Shown here piece by piece: positions 63,311-64,000 of a stretch of 64,000 nt of DNA. The stretch is from contig JAAOMT010000328.1 of the NCBI GenBank assembly GCA_016748015.1, forward strand, positions 763,960 through 827,959, written 5' to 3'. The stretch comes from Geosiphon pyriformis uo1. Its lineage: Eukaryota; Fungi; Glomeromycota. How positions within the stretch are numbered: the first letter of the stretch is position 1; every line of letters starts with the position of its first letter. The translations under genes were made by a program, and so were the position numbers. The notes below the pieces were generated by a model. The model was not told where the DNA came from and searched no databases. It saw only the letters and a program-made list of their open reading frames with translations.

Positions 63311-64000
63311 AATATAAATATATAATAATTAAAAAATATTTATTATTAAATAATTTATATATATGTATTGTTTTTTATATATTTTAAATTATATTAAATT
63401 AATAATAATATATAAAATAATATATAAAATAAGTTGTTAAATATTTTATTTATGTTTTTAAATTTATTTACAACATTATAAAATTATTATATGTTTTAAA
63501 AATTTGTAAAAAAATAATAATTTAAAACATATATACAATTTGATAAAAATTGTATACAATATTTTTTAAAAATAATAATAATAATAAAACAATTCAAAGA
63601 ATTAAATCTTAATTTTTTTTTAACTTTAATAAACAAAACATAAAAATATTTTTAAATTTATAAAACCAAGTATTTAAAAAATTAGAAATAATAATTATGT
63701 TTATTATTTTGTTAAAATAACATATTAAAAACAAAAATTTATTTGTTTAAATTTTAAAAACACAAAAACTGAATTAGTTAAAATAAATTTTATTAATATA
63801 ACTTTAATATAACAATTATTTTTAAAAAGTTTATTTCTATTTTAGAAATTTTAATTATATGTTTAAACAAAAATCAAAAATGTAAAAAGTAAGTTTATAA
63901 ATGACAAATAAAAATTAATAAAACTAAAATATAAACTTATATGTAAATAATTATTAAAAATTATATAAATTAGAAAAAATAAGTTAAATAATAATAATAA

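Noticed and set aside
43446-63317. Antisense and alternative-frame ORFs over the TE genes (e.g. 43446-43874, 45916-46359, 62802-63317)
   Set aside because: Shadow ORFs caused by the strand and codon bias of the real TE frames.

Overview
Eukaryotic, intron-rich fungal DNA; gene content and repeat types suggest an early-diverging Mucoromycota/Glomeromycotina fungus (inference). Bases 1-38.1 kb are gene-dense: TAF9, COX15, Gemin6-like, beta-tubulin, a UPF0390/DUF2462 protein, CTR9, a BK/Slo-type K+ channel with a non-canonical TVGYLSD filter, mitochondrial IleRS, TFIIIC large subunit, TMEM42-like, and an intronless protein with 10 Myb repeats and a mitochondrial-type presequence. Bases 38.2-64 kb are a nested transposon graveyard: a full-length RNase H-bearing LINE; a Ty3/Gypsy element with a Cys-rich insert, a dUTPase and an extra 3' ORF; an ORF1-only poly(A)-tailed retroelement sharing a 3' double stem-loop with the LINE; and solo LTRs. 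Parts of the extremely AT-rich 'deserts' align almost without gaps to these same elements after C->T and G->A conversion. This points to a repeat-directed, near-saturating, RIP-like hypermutation process in a lineage where RIP is not classically described. All alignments and counts were done by eye and need computational confirmation.
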